DNA of 64,000 nucleotides from Candidatus Moraniibacteriota bacterium (GCA_013336225.1 JAAXUC010000004.1:32421-96420), one strand, 5' to 3'; counted from the first letter of the stretch, positions 54,094 to 63,589 are shown. Notes: a model not told the origin generated them from the letters alone. Program-made: numbers and translations.

Positions 54094-54365
54094 TTTAGCA
54101 AGATCTCCTATTTCGCATCTATATTTTTTATGCCTGATGAAGATACTGTGGCAAAGACTTCACTCTTCGCTAGAATTTACACTGCGCGTCTTCGTCTGCT
54201 GACGGACGCTACGTTTCAAAATTCCTTAACGCTCATCACTCGTCTTTCGCCTACGTACTTCATATGGCAAAAAAATATAGATACGAAATGGCTATAAAAA
54301 TGCGATAAAGCTTTAGGCGCTATTAATGCCTAAAACAAGGCATTAATAAACTTGTCCTCATTTTG

Positions 54366-54395
54366 CTTGACTTTTTGTTGAAAAAGAAGTATAAT
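54366..54395 (+). promoter_or_regulatory. candidate promoter (TTGACT -18- TATAAT)
   Basis: Upstream of the 54478 gene. Confidence 0.45.
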
Positions 54396-54477
54396 AATAG
54401 GTCAGTATAAAAACTGTCAAAAAGCAGCTGATTTAACAATCTAGAGTCGGCAGACTAAAAACGTAAAAGGAGAATAA

Positions 54478-54867
54478 ATGAGTAAAATATTAGATAAAAT
54501 TGGTTTCTTCATTTTTATGTTGACACTTTTTTCTGGAGTTCCATTGTCTGCATTTTTAATTGCTAATGCTTTTAATGAGCATGACAAAATTGCTTTGTTC
54601 TTTGGTATTATTCTTTTGATAATCACTGTATCTATTTTTGGATTTGTTCGTGGTATTAATCAATATTTTACTGGTGAGGTCGTGCAATTTGAAAGAATCA
54701 AGGAAGGGGTTTATAAACTTTTTGGTAGAATTGAAAATATAACAATTCTGAAAAAAGTTGCAGATGATGGGACAGAGAAATATTTCTCTATTATTGATTT
54801 TCCTGATAATAGTATGGAACAAGGAGTGGTATTTAGGCGAACCAAAAAAGATCTGGTTGTTATTTGA
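54478..54867 (+). CDS. hypothetical small membrane protein
   Basis: Two N-terminal TM helices; followed by terminator 54891-54929. Confidence 0.35.
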   Translation: MSKILDKIGFFIFMLTLFSGVPLSAFLIANAFNEHDKIALFFGIILLIITVSIFGFVRGINQYFTGEVVQFERIKEGVYKLFGRIENITILKKVADDGTEKYFSIIDFPDNSMEQGVVFRRTKKDLVVI

Positions 54868-54890
54868 TTGAGGATTGATGAATGTTTACG

Positions 54891-54929
54891 GCTTGTGTGT
54901 CTGGAAATTCAGACGCACAAGCCTTTTTT
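54891..54929 (+). terminator. rho-independent terminator (gcttgtgtgtc-tggaaattcaga-cgcacaagc + T6)
   Basis: Direct reading. Confidence 0.6.
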
Positions 54930-54966
54930 AATATCAAAAAACGCATTTTGCAATGCGTTCTTATCT

Positions 54967-55051
54967 TGTCATCCTGAATGCAATGAAGGATCCCGTGCTC
55001 AGTATTAGTAGCTAAGATATTTAGGGATTCTTCGCTTCACTCAGAATGACA
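54967..55051. repeat. 85-bp imperfect foldback (MITE-like) element with TGTCATYCTGA termini and internal GGATCC
   Basis: Left arm tgtcatcctgaatgcaatgaaggatccc vs rc of right arm tgtcattctgagtgaagcgaagaatccc; same family as 8022-8082. Confidence 0.55.
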
Positions 55052-55097
55052 CACTTTTGTATTTTTCTAAGAAGCTAAAAAGCTAAAGCCTGGTAAG

Positions 55098-56633
55098 CTA
55101 GTTTGTTGCAGTGGTTGTTCCGGCTGGGAAGAGGCTTTGCAGGAAGGTGGTGCGCTCAGGAAAGTAAATTGCATGGAGGGCGTTTTGCCCTTGGTCATTT
55201 TTTTCAGTGTAATAGAGTTTGCTGTCGGTGAAGTTGTTCACGAGCAGAGAAGTGTTGTCATTGAGCGACAGGATGTCTGCCATGTTGCGTTTGTCGCGGT
55301 TGTCCAATTCAATCAATTTGATCTTATTGTTATTGGTAAACAAGGCATGCTCGTAGTCTCTGGTCCATTGCACATTTCCAATTTGGTCTGAAAATTTAGT
55401 GATTGACATTAAATCATTTTCATTGCGGGTCGGTTGAACTTCCCATTTACGCACAAAATAGGCTGAGATTTCATGATCATTCCAAAAGAGCAGCTTCTTG
55501 CCATCATCGGAAAATTGGCTTCCCGTGGCATTGCTTGAGAGCTCACGGAAATATGTATCTCCATCTTCGCCCAGATTATAGATGAATAGGTCATTGCTTT
55601 TGTTTAGGAAAACAACGCGATCATCATCATAGACGATGATTTGATATGAGGCATCGCTCATGTTTGCTGGACCAGAAGTGGTGATTTGAGTTGGAAAATC
55701 AGTTGCATCAAAATTGGTCTTATAGACGATTCCTTCTGGCAATTGAAAATAGAAGAGTGCTTTTGGAGAAAGGTCATAGCTGGCGATATTTTCAGCTACC
55801 AATTTTTTGCTGGTCAAATCATTGAGGTCAAAGCGGTAGAGATTGTTGTTGGACATGTAAAAAAGAACGTCTTTGTTTTTTGGATCCCAACGTGAATGAG
55901 AAAGATTATTGTCTCCAGTGAGGTCTCTGATGTTGACGATGTCTTGAGTGTTGTCTGCTGATACAATGAAATAATTTTTTTCGCCGCCTTCATTTTTGAT
56001 TGCGGGAATGATGAGTCGATGAGCTTGGGGCGACCACTCAATGTTTTCCTTGCTGTCATTGGTGAATTTATAATCATCTGCAATAAAAACTTGCCCCATC
56101 TCGAGAGTGCCAGGATTAAAAATTTTCACCAAGAAGTTGTTTTCAATTTGCTGTGAGAAAGCTGCCAAGTTTTTGCGAGGAGAAATGAAGAATTTTCCAA
56201 TGCCAGGGGAGTCGTAATCTTCGCGAGCGTATGAATTTTGAGCTAGGGTAATGTTCCAGAATTCAGTTGAGATTCCGCTGTGCACTGATATTTTTTTTGA
56301 CCAAGCTTGATAGCCTGGAGCTTTGACTTCAACCAAATAGTTTCCTGGCACAATACCTCCGATATGATATGAATTATTGAGACGATTGAATGATTTTGAG
56401 GGCATGATCACGCCATCAATATAGACATCAACTTGTTGAGGTGTTGTTTTCAGGGAAATTGAACCGGCATAGACAAAAATTCCATTTTGAAAATTGAAAC
56501 GGTAACCGAAGGCATAGCCAATAATGGTGGCTGAGGTAAGCCAAAAAAGGACAACTAGTGTCCAAAAAAAGATCGCTTTGGGTATTTCAGGATTGTTCAT
56601 TTGGCAGTAGAAATTCGAAAGGCTCTTGGCCAA
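55098..56633 (-). CDS. membrane-anchored PEGA-domain protein with large beta-rich C-terminal region
   Basis: N-terminal TM helix; PEGA-like VDVYIDGVIMPSKSF...GNYLVEVKAPGYQAWSKKISVHSG. Confidence 0.5.
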   Translation of the reverse strand: MAKSLSNFYCQMNNPEIPKAIFFWTLVVLFWLTSATIIGYAFGYRFNFQNGIFVYAGSISLKTTPQQVDVYIDGVIMPSKSFNRLNNSYHIGGIVPGNYLVEVKAPGYQAWSKKISVHSGISTEFWNITLAQNSYAREDYDSPGIGKFFISPRKNLAAFSQQIENNFLVKIFNPGTLEMGQVFIADDYKFTNDSKENIEWSPQAHRLIIPAIKNEGGEKNYFIVSADNTQDIVNIRDLTGDNNLSHSRWDPKNKDVLFYMSNNNLYRFDLNDLTSKKLVAENIASYDLSPKALFYFQLPEGIVYKTNFDATDFPTQITTSGPANMSDASYQIIVYDDDRVVFLNKSNDLFIYNLGEDGDTYFRELSSNATGSQFSDDGKKLLFWNDHEISAYFVRKWEVQPTRNENDLMSITKFSDQIGNVQWTRDYEHALFTNNNKIKLIELDNRDKRNMADILSLNDNTSLLVNNFTDSKLYYTEKNDQGQNALHAIYFPERTTFLQSLFPAGTTTATN

Positions 56634-56851
56634 ATTGCGATTTTCTTTATTAAAAAAAGCCTTATTTAAAGCAAAAATTCATGTTAAAATTGGCGATGAA
56701 TCATTCTTGAGATTTTCACTGCAGGATTCATCCTGGTTTGTATTGTAGCCTTTATTTCAAATTTTGTCCATCTGTAATTGCGCTTGCTCACAATGTCAAA
56801 TAAGGCTAAAATATAGTAAAGGCAGTGTAATAATTCATCATATAATTCCAT

Positions 56852-57349
56852 ATGCAATTGGATAAAATCTTCATGAATTTCGGATTGGCGAGTGGCGCCG
56901 CAGAGATGGCAACATTGGCTTTGGTTTTGTTGGTGCTGAGCACTCTTTTTTGGGTTTTGATAGGCAGGTTTCGTTTGCACAATTTTTTGATAAACATCTA
57001 TATTTCACTGGCAATTTTGCAGTTTATTCCTAGTGATATCATGAGTTTTACTAGGAATTCTTCAATTTTATTTTTTCTGATCATTGTCACTTTGTTGACA
57101 CTTTTGAATCCATATTTGTTCGACATTCATCAGTCTGGCTCCGGACTGGCTCTCTGGCAAGTTTTCATGATGAGTTTTCTGGAGGTGTTACTTTTACTTA
57201 GTATCATCATATCTGCTCTTCCAGCTAAAGATGCTGCACTATACATCTCTAAAAACTCCTTGGTTTATTTCACTTATCCTTGGTGGAAATTGGCTTGGAT
57301 AATCGCACCTTTGGCATTCTTGGTGTTTGTTAAGAGACGCGATAAATAG
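56852..57349 (+). CDS. hypothetical polytopic membrane protein
   Basis: Four or five TM helices; no motif recognised. Confidence 0.35.
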   Translation: MQLDKIFMNFGLASGAAEMATLALVLLVLSTLFWVLIGRFRLHNFLINIYISLAILQFIPSDIMSFTRNSSILFFLIIVTLLTLLNPYLFDIHQSGSGLALWQVFMMSFLEVLLLLSIIISALPAKDAALYISKNSLVYFTYPWWKLAWIIAPLAFLVFVKRRDK

Positions 57350-57463
57350 GGGGAAATAGCTATAAAGTTTATAAAGTTTGAAAGTCCATAAAGCGGTCTG
57401 AATATTGTCTTGTTGACTTAATTTTCATTTCAGATATAATTAATATCGTTGACTTAATAATTC

Positions 57464-57536
57464 GGGCACATAGCTCAGTTGGTAGAGCAGCGGCCTTTTA
57501 AGCCGATGGTCGGGGGTTCGAATCCCTCTGTGCCCA
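57464..57536 (+). tRNA. tRNA-Lys (anticodon UUU)
   Basis: Acceptor GGGCACA/TGTGCCC, anticodon loop CTTTTAA, T-arm GGGGG-TTCGAAT-CCCTC. Confidence 0.85.
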
Positions 57537-57549
57537 CATATGATAATTT

Positions 57550-57580
57550 AAAAACACCCTTTGGGGTGTTTTTAAATTTT
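57550..57580 (+). terminator. rho-independent terminator (aaacaccc-tttg-gggtgttttt)
   Basis: Immediately 3' of tRNA-Lys; same architecture as the tRNA-Tyr terminator. Confidence 0.6.
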
Positions 57581-57586
57581 TATTAG

Positions 57587-57970
57587 AGGCACAGAGGGAT
57601 TCGAACGGGCAGAAGCTAAGCAAATTGTTTTTCAGCAGAAAAGCAATGCGGCGTGCGTCGATGAATGCGAGGAATACGAGCATTCAGCGCTGCCCAGGAC
57701 AAGGAGCAAGTGAGCGACGGCGAACGAGCGACGCGTGACAGACTGTGCCCACAAAGAGAAAAATCCCTATTGGGGATTTTTTTGTCTTTGTGCACAGAGG
57801 GATTCGAACCGGCAGGAGTGAGATATGAGCGAAGGCGAATAATCGAACGCCGATGAATGAGAGCGTGCGAGCATTCAGCGCTGCCGCGGGCAACGAGCTG
57901 TCAGCAGACAGTGAGGCGGAAATCCTTTGTCTAAATTGTACACACAGAGGGATTCGAACGGGCAGGAGTT
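57587..57970. repeat. tRNA-Lys-linked repeat array: three inverted copies of the tRNA-Lys 3' end (57589-57612, 57790-57815, 57939-57966) interleaved with the conserved core (cgatgaatg[a/c]gag..cgagcattcagcgctgcc)
   Basis: cacagagggattcgaac is the reverse complement of GGTTCGAATCCCTCTGTG; cores at 57657-57700 and 57846-57890 are near-identical to the core at 4247-4290 in the tRNA-Tyr locus. Confidence 0.7.
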
Positions 57971-57971
57971 T

Positions 57972-58012
57972 AGATAAAAAAAGAAGTCCATTGGATTTAC
58001 CAATAGGACTTC
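57972..58012 (-). terminator. rho-independent terminator for the minus-strand 58039..58284 gene (agaagtcc-attggatttaccaat-aggacttct, T-run on minus strand)
   Basis: A7 at 57972-57978 on the plus strand equals a T-run after the hairpin in the minus-strand sense. Confidence 0.5.
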
Positions 58013-58038
58013 TGTTTGAAATAATCTGCAGGAGAGAA

Positions 58039-58284
58039 TCAGATGAAACCAAATGTTAATTTATCTGAAACGCCAGCCTCTTTTAGCGATCCTTCCATAA
58101 AAATTAAAAGTAGTTCTCTGGGATTTTCAGTTCTGATAATCAATTCAATGTCGCGAAATTGACCGCCAGTTGAATTCATGTTGAAGTCTGATTCTCCTAC
58201 GCCGTTTTTCTTGAGTTCAGCGAGTAGTTCATCAATCTCAATTGGCTCAAGGCTGCCTGTTGCTGTCAATGTGCTTTTTAACAT
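58039..58284 (-). CDS. hypothetical small protein (81 aa)
   Basis: ORF with its own terminator; no motif recognised. Confidence 0.3.
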   Translation of the reverse strand: MLKSTLTATGSLEPIEIDELLAELKKNGVGESDFNMNSTGGQFRDIELIIRTENPRELLLIFMEGSLKEAGVSDKLTFGFI

Positions 58285-58478
58285 AGTAATTTCCTCCTGT
58301 TGTTTTAGTGGTACTGCTAATCATTTCGAGACTAAAGGATAATATGTTGAACTTGTTTTGTCAATATGATCCGGAGTTGTTGCTTGTTCATATTTTTGAA
58401 TGCACTGCTGGATTCTTTCTGATTTCTTTGATATAATACCGATATCGATTATCAATCAAAAGTAAAAAGCTGAAAAAT

Positions 58479-59540
58479 ATGACAAAAAAAATATTATCAA
58501 TTTTGCCTGTGGTTGCTGTAACTTTTTTCCTGTCAGGCTGCAGCCTCACTTCGCTGGTGCCTTCCAAGAACACCATGGCCAATGCTACTTTGATAAAAAC
58601 TGAGGATAGTGGAAGCACCTGGAATCCCAAGATGAAGATTGATGACAAAAAAACCATTGCAGGGGTGGACGTTCTGTCGATCGCAATTCATCCCACTGAT
58701 CCAAGCATCATCTATCTTGGCACAATGAGCAGCGGCTTGTTTGTTTCAAAGGATGCGGGAGATAATTGGACGGCAGTCGCATATCCAGACAAAGCATACG
58801 GACTGGTTTTCAATCCTGCCAATCCTGACATCATGTATGGCAGCGGAGTGTTTAATGGGAGAGCAAAAATTTTCAAGCGATTAGCTGAAGGTCAGGAATG
58901 GAAAGAGATTTATACTGAACCAGCTGACGGCACTACCATCTCAGCTCTTGCCATCAGCAAATTCAATCCAAATGTCATCTATGCTGGCACAAATGAAGGC
59001 GTGATTGTGAAGACTGTTGATGGAGGGCAAACTTGGGTCAACTTGAAAAAGGATCCTGGCTTGGTCGGACCAATTGTCAGCATCGGATTTGATGCAGCCA
59101 GTGATGCACATGTGTTTTTTGCAGTTTTTCAAATCGGAGTGCTTGAGACAAAAAATGCAGGAACGACTATTGAAAATATCACTGAAAAAATCGATACCGC
59201 TACGCACACTACAAGCATCTATAATTTGGTGACTGATCCATATTTAGGGGGAGTGGCCTATGTCGGAACGGATGCTGGAATTTTCAGACGTTCAGGCTCC
59301 GATGAATGGAGTCCATTGAATTTGATTCAGAGTTCCAAGGCATTTGGAATCAGAGTTATTGCAATCAATCCTAAAAATTCAAAAGAGCTTATGTATTCTT
59401 CTGCCAAGGCGATTTATAAATCAACGGATGGCGGAGCAAAATGGGCAACCTTTCAATTGGACACAGCAAAAGAAATCAGTGTTCTTAAATATGATATGAT
59501 TAATCCAGTTAAGATTTATGCGGGATTGAGAAGTTTTTAA
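58479..59540 (+). CDS. lipoprotein with BNR/Asp-box repeats (beta-propeller, sialidase/Ycf48-like fold)
   Basis: Lipobox LSGCSL; Asp-box S/TxDxGxxW repeated five times (TEDSGSTWN, SKDAGDNWT, EGQEWKE, TVDGGQTWV, STDGGAKWA). Confidence 0.6.
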   Translation: MTKKILSILPVVAVTFFLSGCSLTSLVPSKNTMANATLIKTEDSGSTWNPKMKIDDKKTIAGVDVLSIAIHPTDPSIIYLGTMSSGLFVSKDAGDNWTAVAYPDKAYGLVFNPANPDIMYGSGVFNGRAKIFKRLAEGQEWKEIYTEPADGTTISALAISKFNPNVIYAGTNEGVIVKTVDGGQTWVNLKKDPGLVGPIVSIGFDAASDAHVFFAVFQIGVLETKNAGTTIENITEKIDTATHTTSIYNLVTDPYLGGVAYVGTDAGIFRRSGSDEWSPLNLIQSSKAFGIRVIAINPKNSKELMYSSAKAIYKSTDGGAKWATFQLDTAKEISVLKYDMINPVKIYAGLRSF

Positions 59541-59641
59541 AAAGTTGAATAGTTAAGTGGCTGCTTAGTTAAATAGGCAATACACTTAAATTTATCTAAC
59601 TAATTAACTAAGAAACTAATTAACTAATTTACTACGTATCT

Positions 59642-60199
59642 ATGTATAACGAAATCATAAATTTGCACAAAGAAGATTTGGAAAAAACGATTGAACATTT
59701 TAAAAGTGAAGGCTCAAAAATAAGGACTGGCAGAGCTAATGCCTCTTTGGTGGAGGATTTGTTGGTCGACTATTATGGAGCCAAAACTCCACTCAAACAA
59801 GTCGCCAGCATCAACACGCCTGAGCCAAGAACTATTGCCATCCAACCCTGGGACAGAGGAGCATTGGCTGCAATTGAAAGTGCAATTAGAAATTCTGATT
59901 TGAACATGAATCCAACCAATGATGGAGTTTTGGTGCGAATCAACATTCCGATGCTTACTGAGGAAAGACGCAGGGAGATGGTGAAAGTTTTGAATCAAAA
60001 AGGTGAGGAAGCGCGTATTGGAATTCGCAGCGTGCGGGAAGATGTTTTGAAGGAAATTAAAGATGCGGAAAAAGCTGGTGAAATGTCTGAGGATGATGCA
60101 TTTACTGGAAAAGAAAAATTGCAGGTGATTGTGGATGAATATAATAAAAAAATTGAAGAACTCAGAGCGAAAAAAGAAGTGGAAATCATGACAGTATAA
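59642..60199 (+). CDS. frr: ribosome recycling factor
   Basis: EDLLVDYYGAKTPLKQVASINTPEPRTIAIQPWD ... LTEERRREMVK. Confidence 0.9.
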   Translation: MYNEIINLHKEDLEKTIEHFKSEGSKIRTGRANASLVEDLLVDYYGAKTPLKQVASINTPEPRTIAIQPWDRGALAAIESAIRNSDLNMNPTNDGVLVRINIPMLTEERRREMVKVLNQKGEEARIGIRSVREDVLKEIKDAEKAGEMSEDDAFTGKEKLQVIVDEYNKKIEELRAKKEVEIMTV

Positions 60200-60204
60200 A
60201 AGCC

Positions 60205-60330
60205 GCTTCGCGAATTTTGAATTATGAATTTTGAATTTCGAATAAAATCAGAATGACAAAATGTTTAAAAATTCAAACATTAAAAATTAAAAAATTGATT
60301 CAAAATTAAAAATTAAAAATTAAAAATTAT
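60205..60330. repeat. conserved AT-rich intergenic element (cgaattttgaattatgaattttgaatttcgaat + aataaaatcagaatgacaaaatgtttaaaaattcaaacatt + AAAAATT x4)
   Basis: Core matches 1625-1680 and 34119-34172; the 5' module matches 3924-3950. Confidence 0.6.
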
Positions 60331-60371
60331 ACGTCATAATTAATGACTACAGTTTTTATTTTATTTCAATC

Positions 60372-61505
60372 ATGCTTACATTAGTTGTTTTTCTAATAAT
60401 TCTCGGTATTCTCGTTTTTGTCCATGAACTAGGGCATTTCGTGGTGGCTCGTCGCAATGGTATTAAATGTGAGGAATTCGGTTTTGGATTTCCTCCACGC
60501 GCAGTCGGCTATTATTTCAATGAAAAAACAGGCAAGTGGAAATTCATCAAAGGCAACAAACATGTTGAATCGAAAAATACTATATATTCTTTGAATTGGT
60601 TTCCTTTGGGCGGCTTTGTGCGCATCAAAGGTGAAGATGGTGAGGGCAAGGCAGATAAGGACAGTTTTGCTGCCAAGTCAGCTTGGATCAGAATCAAGGT
60701 TTTGGCTGCTGGAGTGTTTATGAATTTTGTGTTGGCTTGGGTGCTATTCTCATTCTTGTTGTTTTTGGGCATCAATCAAGAAGTTGATCAAAATGACACC
60801 ACAGTTAAGGGCGCCAAGATTCAGATTGCCGCAGTCGTGCCTAAGAGTCCTGCCTATGAGATGGGAATTCGAGAAGGTGACACGGTTGTCAGATGCGTGG
60901 GAGTTGACCAGCTTTGCAATGAATCTTTTTCCAACAGTGCTCAGTTGCAAGCATTTGTGAATGCAAACAAGGGTAAACAAATCACTTTGGAAATCTTGCG
61001 CGGCGACAAAACCATGAATCTGACTGGAATGCCAAGAATGGAGGCGCCAGCAGGAGAAGGTCTTTTGGGCGTCGGGCTGGCTCAAACAATTTTTGTGAAA
61101 TATTCACTATGGGAATCAATTAAGCAAGGGCCAATGGTGATGTGGAATGTTTTGCTGATGATGGGCACAGTGATTGTTGGTCTTTTTGCAGGCGACACTT
61201 CAAACATTGGTGGACCTTTAGCAATTGCACATTTCACCAAGCAAGCCACCGCGCTTGGGTTTGCCTCACTTGTGCAGCTGGCAGCGCTTCTCAGTGTCAA
61301 TCTTGGAATCGTCAATATTTTGCCAATCCCAGCTCTTGACGGTGGTCGCATCTTATTCATTTTGATTGAAAAAATTAAAGGTTCAAAAATCAGTCAAAAA
61401 ACTGAAAATGCCATGCATACAACTGGTTTTTTCTTGTTGATGATGTTGATGGCATATTTGGTCATTCATGATTTGATGCGTTATGGACTTGGTGGGATAT
61501 TTTAA
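60372..61505 (+). CDS. rseP: RIP zinc metalloprotease RseP (M50 site-2 protease) with PDZ domain
   Basis: HEXXH (VHELGHFVVAR) in TM1; PDZ region (GIREGDTVV); LDGG motif (PIPALDGGRILF). Confidence 0.85.
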   Translation: MLTLVVFLIILGILVFVHELGHFVVARRNGIKCEEFGFGFPPRAVGYYFNEKTGKWKFIKGNKHVESKNTIYSLNWFPLGGFVRIKGEDGEGKADKDSFAAKSAWIRIKVLAAGVFMNFVLAWVLFSFLLFLGINQEVDQNDTTVKGAKIQIAAVVPKSPAYEMGIREGDTVVRCVGVDQLCNESFSNSAQLQAFVNANKGKQITLEILRGDKTMNLTGMPRMEAPAGEGLLGVGLAQTIFVKYSLWESIKQGPMVMWNVLLMMGTVIVGLFAGDTSNIGGPLAIAHFTKQATALGFASLVQLAALLSVNLGIVNILPIPALDGGRILFILIEKIKGSKISQKTENAMHTTGFFLLMMLMAYLVIHDLMRYGLGGIF

Positions 61506-61599
61506 ATTTTTGCAAATATTTCAATGAAGTATAGACCCTTGACAGGGTCTTATTTTATAGCTATTATAGACGTGCTAACAAATCATGAAAAGCATGATT

Positions 61600-61735
61600 T
61601 CTGCCGTTGTTAAACGGTATTTTTTAATCACTAAGCCCCCACACCCATGAACTCATACTTCTGGCGGTGGGTAAAATCTATCCCGTATTTCCATGCAATA
61701 TTATTTCGTGGGTGTGGGGGTAAACTAAAAACACA
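61600..61735 (+). promoter_or_regulatory. long imperfect inverted repeat in the greA leader (gcccccacacccatgaa ... ttcgtgggtgtggggg)
   Basis: 16-nt arms separated by ~50 nt directly upstream of the greA ATG. Confidence 0.35.
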
Positions 61736-62191
61736 ATGGTACGATTTATCACAAAGGAAGGATTGAAGAAGCTTCATGATGAAGTTGAAGATCGCAAAAC
61801 TCGTCTTCGACAAGAAATCGCACAAGCAATCAAGGAAGCCAAGGAGCAGGGTGATTTGAGTGAAAATGCTGAATATGCTGAAGCCAAGTCTCAACAAAAT
61901 GAAAATGAATCTCGCATTGGCGAACTTGAAATGATCATCAAAAATTCTCAAGTTGTTGAGAGAGATGATTCTCAAAAGGGCGCACAAATGAGCTCAGTGG
62001 TGGCCGTTGAATCAAATGGCAGCAAAATGGAATTTACAATTGTCGGTTCCAATGAAGCTGATCCTGCAAATTTCAAAATTTCAAATGAATCTCCACTTGG
62101 AAAATCTTTCATGGGGAAAAATGGCGGAGAGACTGTTGATGTGACAACTCCAAGAGGCGTGATCACCTACAAAATTCTTTCTGTAAAATAG
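61736..62191 (+). CDS. greA: transcription elongation factor GreA
   Basis: N-terminal coiled coil with acidic tip (KEQGDLSENAEYAEAKSQQ), C-terminal FKBP-like domain. Confidence 0.9.
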   Translation: MVRFITKEGLKKLHDEVEDRKTRLRQEIAQAIKEAKEQGDLSENAEYAEAKSQQNENESRIGELEMIIKNSQVVERDDSQKGAQMSSVVAVESNGSKMEFTIVGSNEADPANFKISNESPLGKSFMGKNGGETVDVTTPRGVITYKILSVK

Positions 62192-62371
62192 TTCAGCACT
62201 ATAAAAACGCGTAAACATCTAAGCATTAAAACAGGGGCAACCTTGTTTTTTTGTTGTGCATAAATACTTATATTTAAGTTGCTTGTTTTATGGTATAATA
62301 AAAGCAATTTGAATTATTATTAATCAGTCCTAGTTAAATATTTTTTTATAAAATTTAACAGGATAAACAAA

Positions 62372-63589
62372 ATGAAAAATAAAAAAAATATCATCATTGC
62401 AGCATTTTTTTTGTTTACGCTTTTTTTGTTTCAATTGAGAATTGCTTCTGCTAACACCGTTCTTACTGTGGGTGCTACAAGTTTTGATGCAACCTTCAAC
62501 AAAGCGTCATATGCTGCAGGAGAAAATATTGTCTTGTCTTTGAAATATCAATCAACAGTTAATGCTTCTAGTCGATATAATATTGTAGCTGTAACGATAA
62601 ATGGTAATACGTATGAATATGTAGCAGGTGGTCTTTCCTCGACTGGTGGCGCATGGGTTTCTCTCGGTAGTCACACTTTTACAGCGCCTTCCTCCGCTGG
62701 TACGTATAATGCAAGAATCTCTCTTGATGCATATACCAATTCAAGTCGAAGCGTATCCTTTAGGGGGTATCCCTTCATTGGTAATTTTTCATATTCCGTG
62801 ACAGCTGCCTGCACTCCTTCTATTTGGACTCCTCTGGCTTCAACAGTTTGCGCTGGATCACCATTTTCCCAGACCAGTAATTGTGGCACAACTCAATCTG
62901 CCATTGGCACTAAAACTGACGGAGTTTGCTGCATCGACTCAACTTGGACTCCTGACACTTCCAATGTGTGCTCAACTCAAACAGTCACACAAGCTAGCAA
63001 TTGTGGCACAATCAGGGTTGTCATGGGTACGAAACTCGCTGGAACATTTCTTCCGATTCCAAGTGATAAATGTTTGGGAGAAGTATACAGTCAAACAGAT
63101 GGCTGCACCTCTCTAGGTGCCACAGGCACCAATCCAGCACTTTGTCCCAACATTTCCATCATTGCAGCTCCAGCTGCAATTGCAAATGGCAGCAGCTCAA
63201 TCTTATCCTGGACTTCTTCAAATACGACAACTTGCACGGCTAGTGGCGATTGGAGTGGAGCTCAAGCAGTGAATGGTTCAGCTTCAGTCAATCCAACTCC
63301 AAATGCAACTTCTTCATACAACCTGACTTGTTTGGACACTTTCAATAACAGCTCCACAAAAACTGCCAACGTGACAGCAACATGTGCTCCAAGCTCGTAC
63401 ACCTGCTTCAATCCAACTCCAAGCTGCACTGGCAAAGCTGGTCAAACTTTGACTGAAGCTGCCTCTTGTGTGGACAATTGTAGTAATTCAGCACCGTTGT
63501 CCAATTGTGGTCCATCTTGCACTGCTCAAACAATAACCTGTCCAGCACCACGCGGAATTACCAGTTGGCAGGAAGTGGCACCGAATTAA
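62372..63589 (+). CDS. secreted Cys/Ser/Thr-rich repeat protein
   Basis: Signal peptide; internal ~40-aa repeats (S/T)xWTPxxSxVC...Q(T/A)SNCGT...GTK (twice); ~30 Cys in total. Confidence 0.45.
   Translation: MKNKKNIIIAAFFLFTLFLFQLRIASANTVLTVGATSFDATFNKASYAAGENIVLSLKYQSTVNASSRYNIVAVTINGNTYEYVAGGLSSTGGAWVSLGSHTFTAPSSAGTYNARISLDAYTNSSRSVSFRGYPFIGNFSYSVTAACTPSIWTPLASTVCAGSPFSQTSNCGTTQSAIGTKTDGVCCIDSTWTPDTSNVCSTQTVTQASNCGTIRVVMGTKLAGTFLPIPSDKCLGEVYSQTDGCTSLGATGTNPALCPNISIIAAPAAIANGSSSILSWTSSNTTTCTASGDWSGAQAVNGSASVNPTPNATSSYNLTCLDTFNNSSTKTANVTATCAPSSYTCFNPTPSCTGKAGQTLTEAASCVDNCSNSAPLSNCGPSCTAQTITCPAPRGITSWQEVAPN

Noticed and set aside
57587-57970. Repeat array considered as a CRISPR locus
   Set aside because: Repeat units are about 25 nt, but spacing is irregular at ~150-200 nt. 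The inter-repeat sequence is itself conserved (the core), and the repeats are reverse complements of the adjacent tRNA end. No cas genes are in the window.
57665-58059. Plus-strand ORFs of 63 and 68 aa beginning M(R/N)..RAFSAA inside the tRNA-Lys repeat array (also a 27-aa counterpart at 4251-4334)
   Set aside because: The shared N-termini are simply the translated conserved nucleotide core. Sequences diverge in length and frame immediately afterwards, and the ORFs run through the inverted tRNA-end copies. This is nucleotide-level, not protein-level, conservation.
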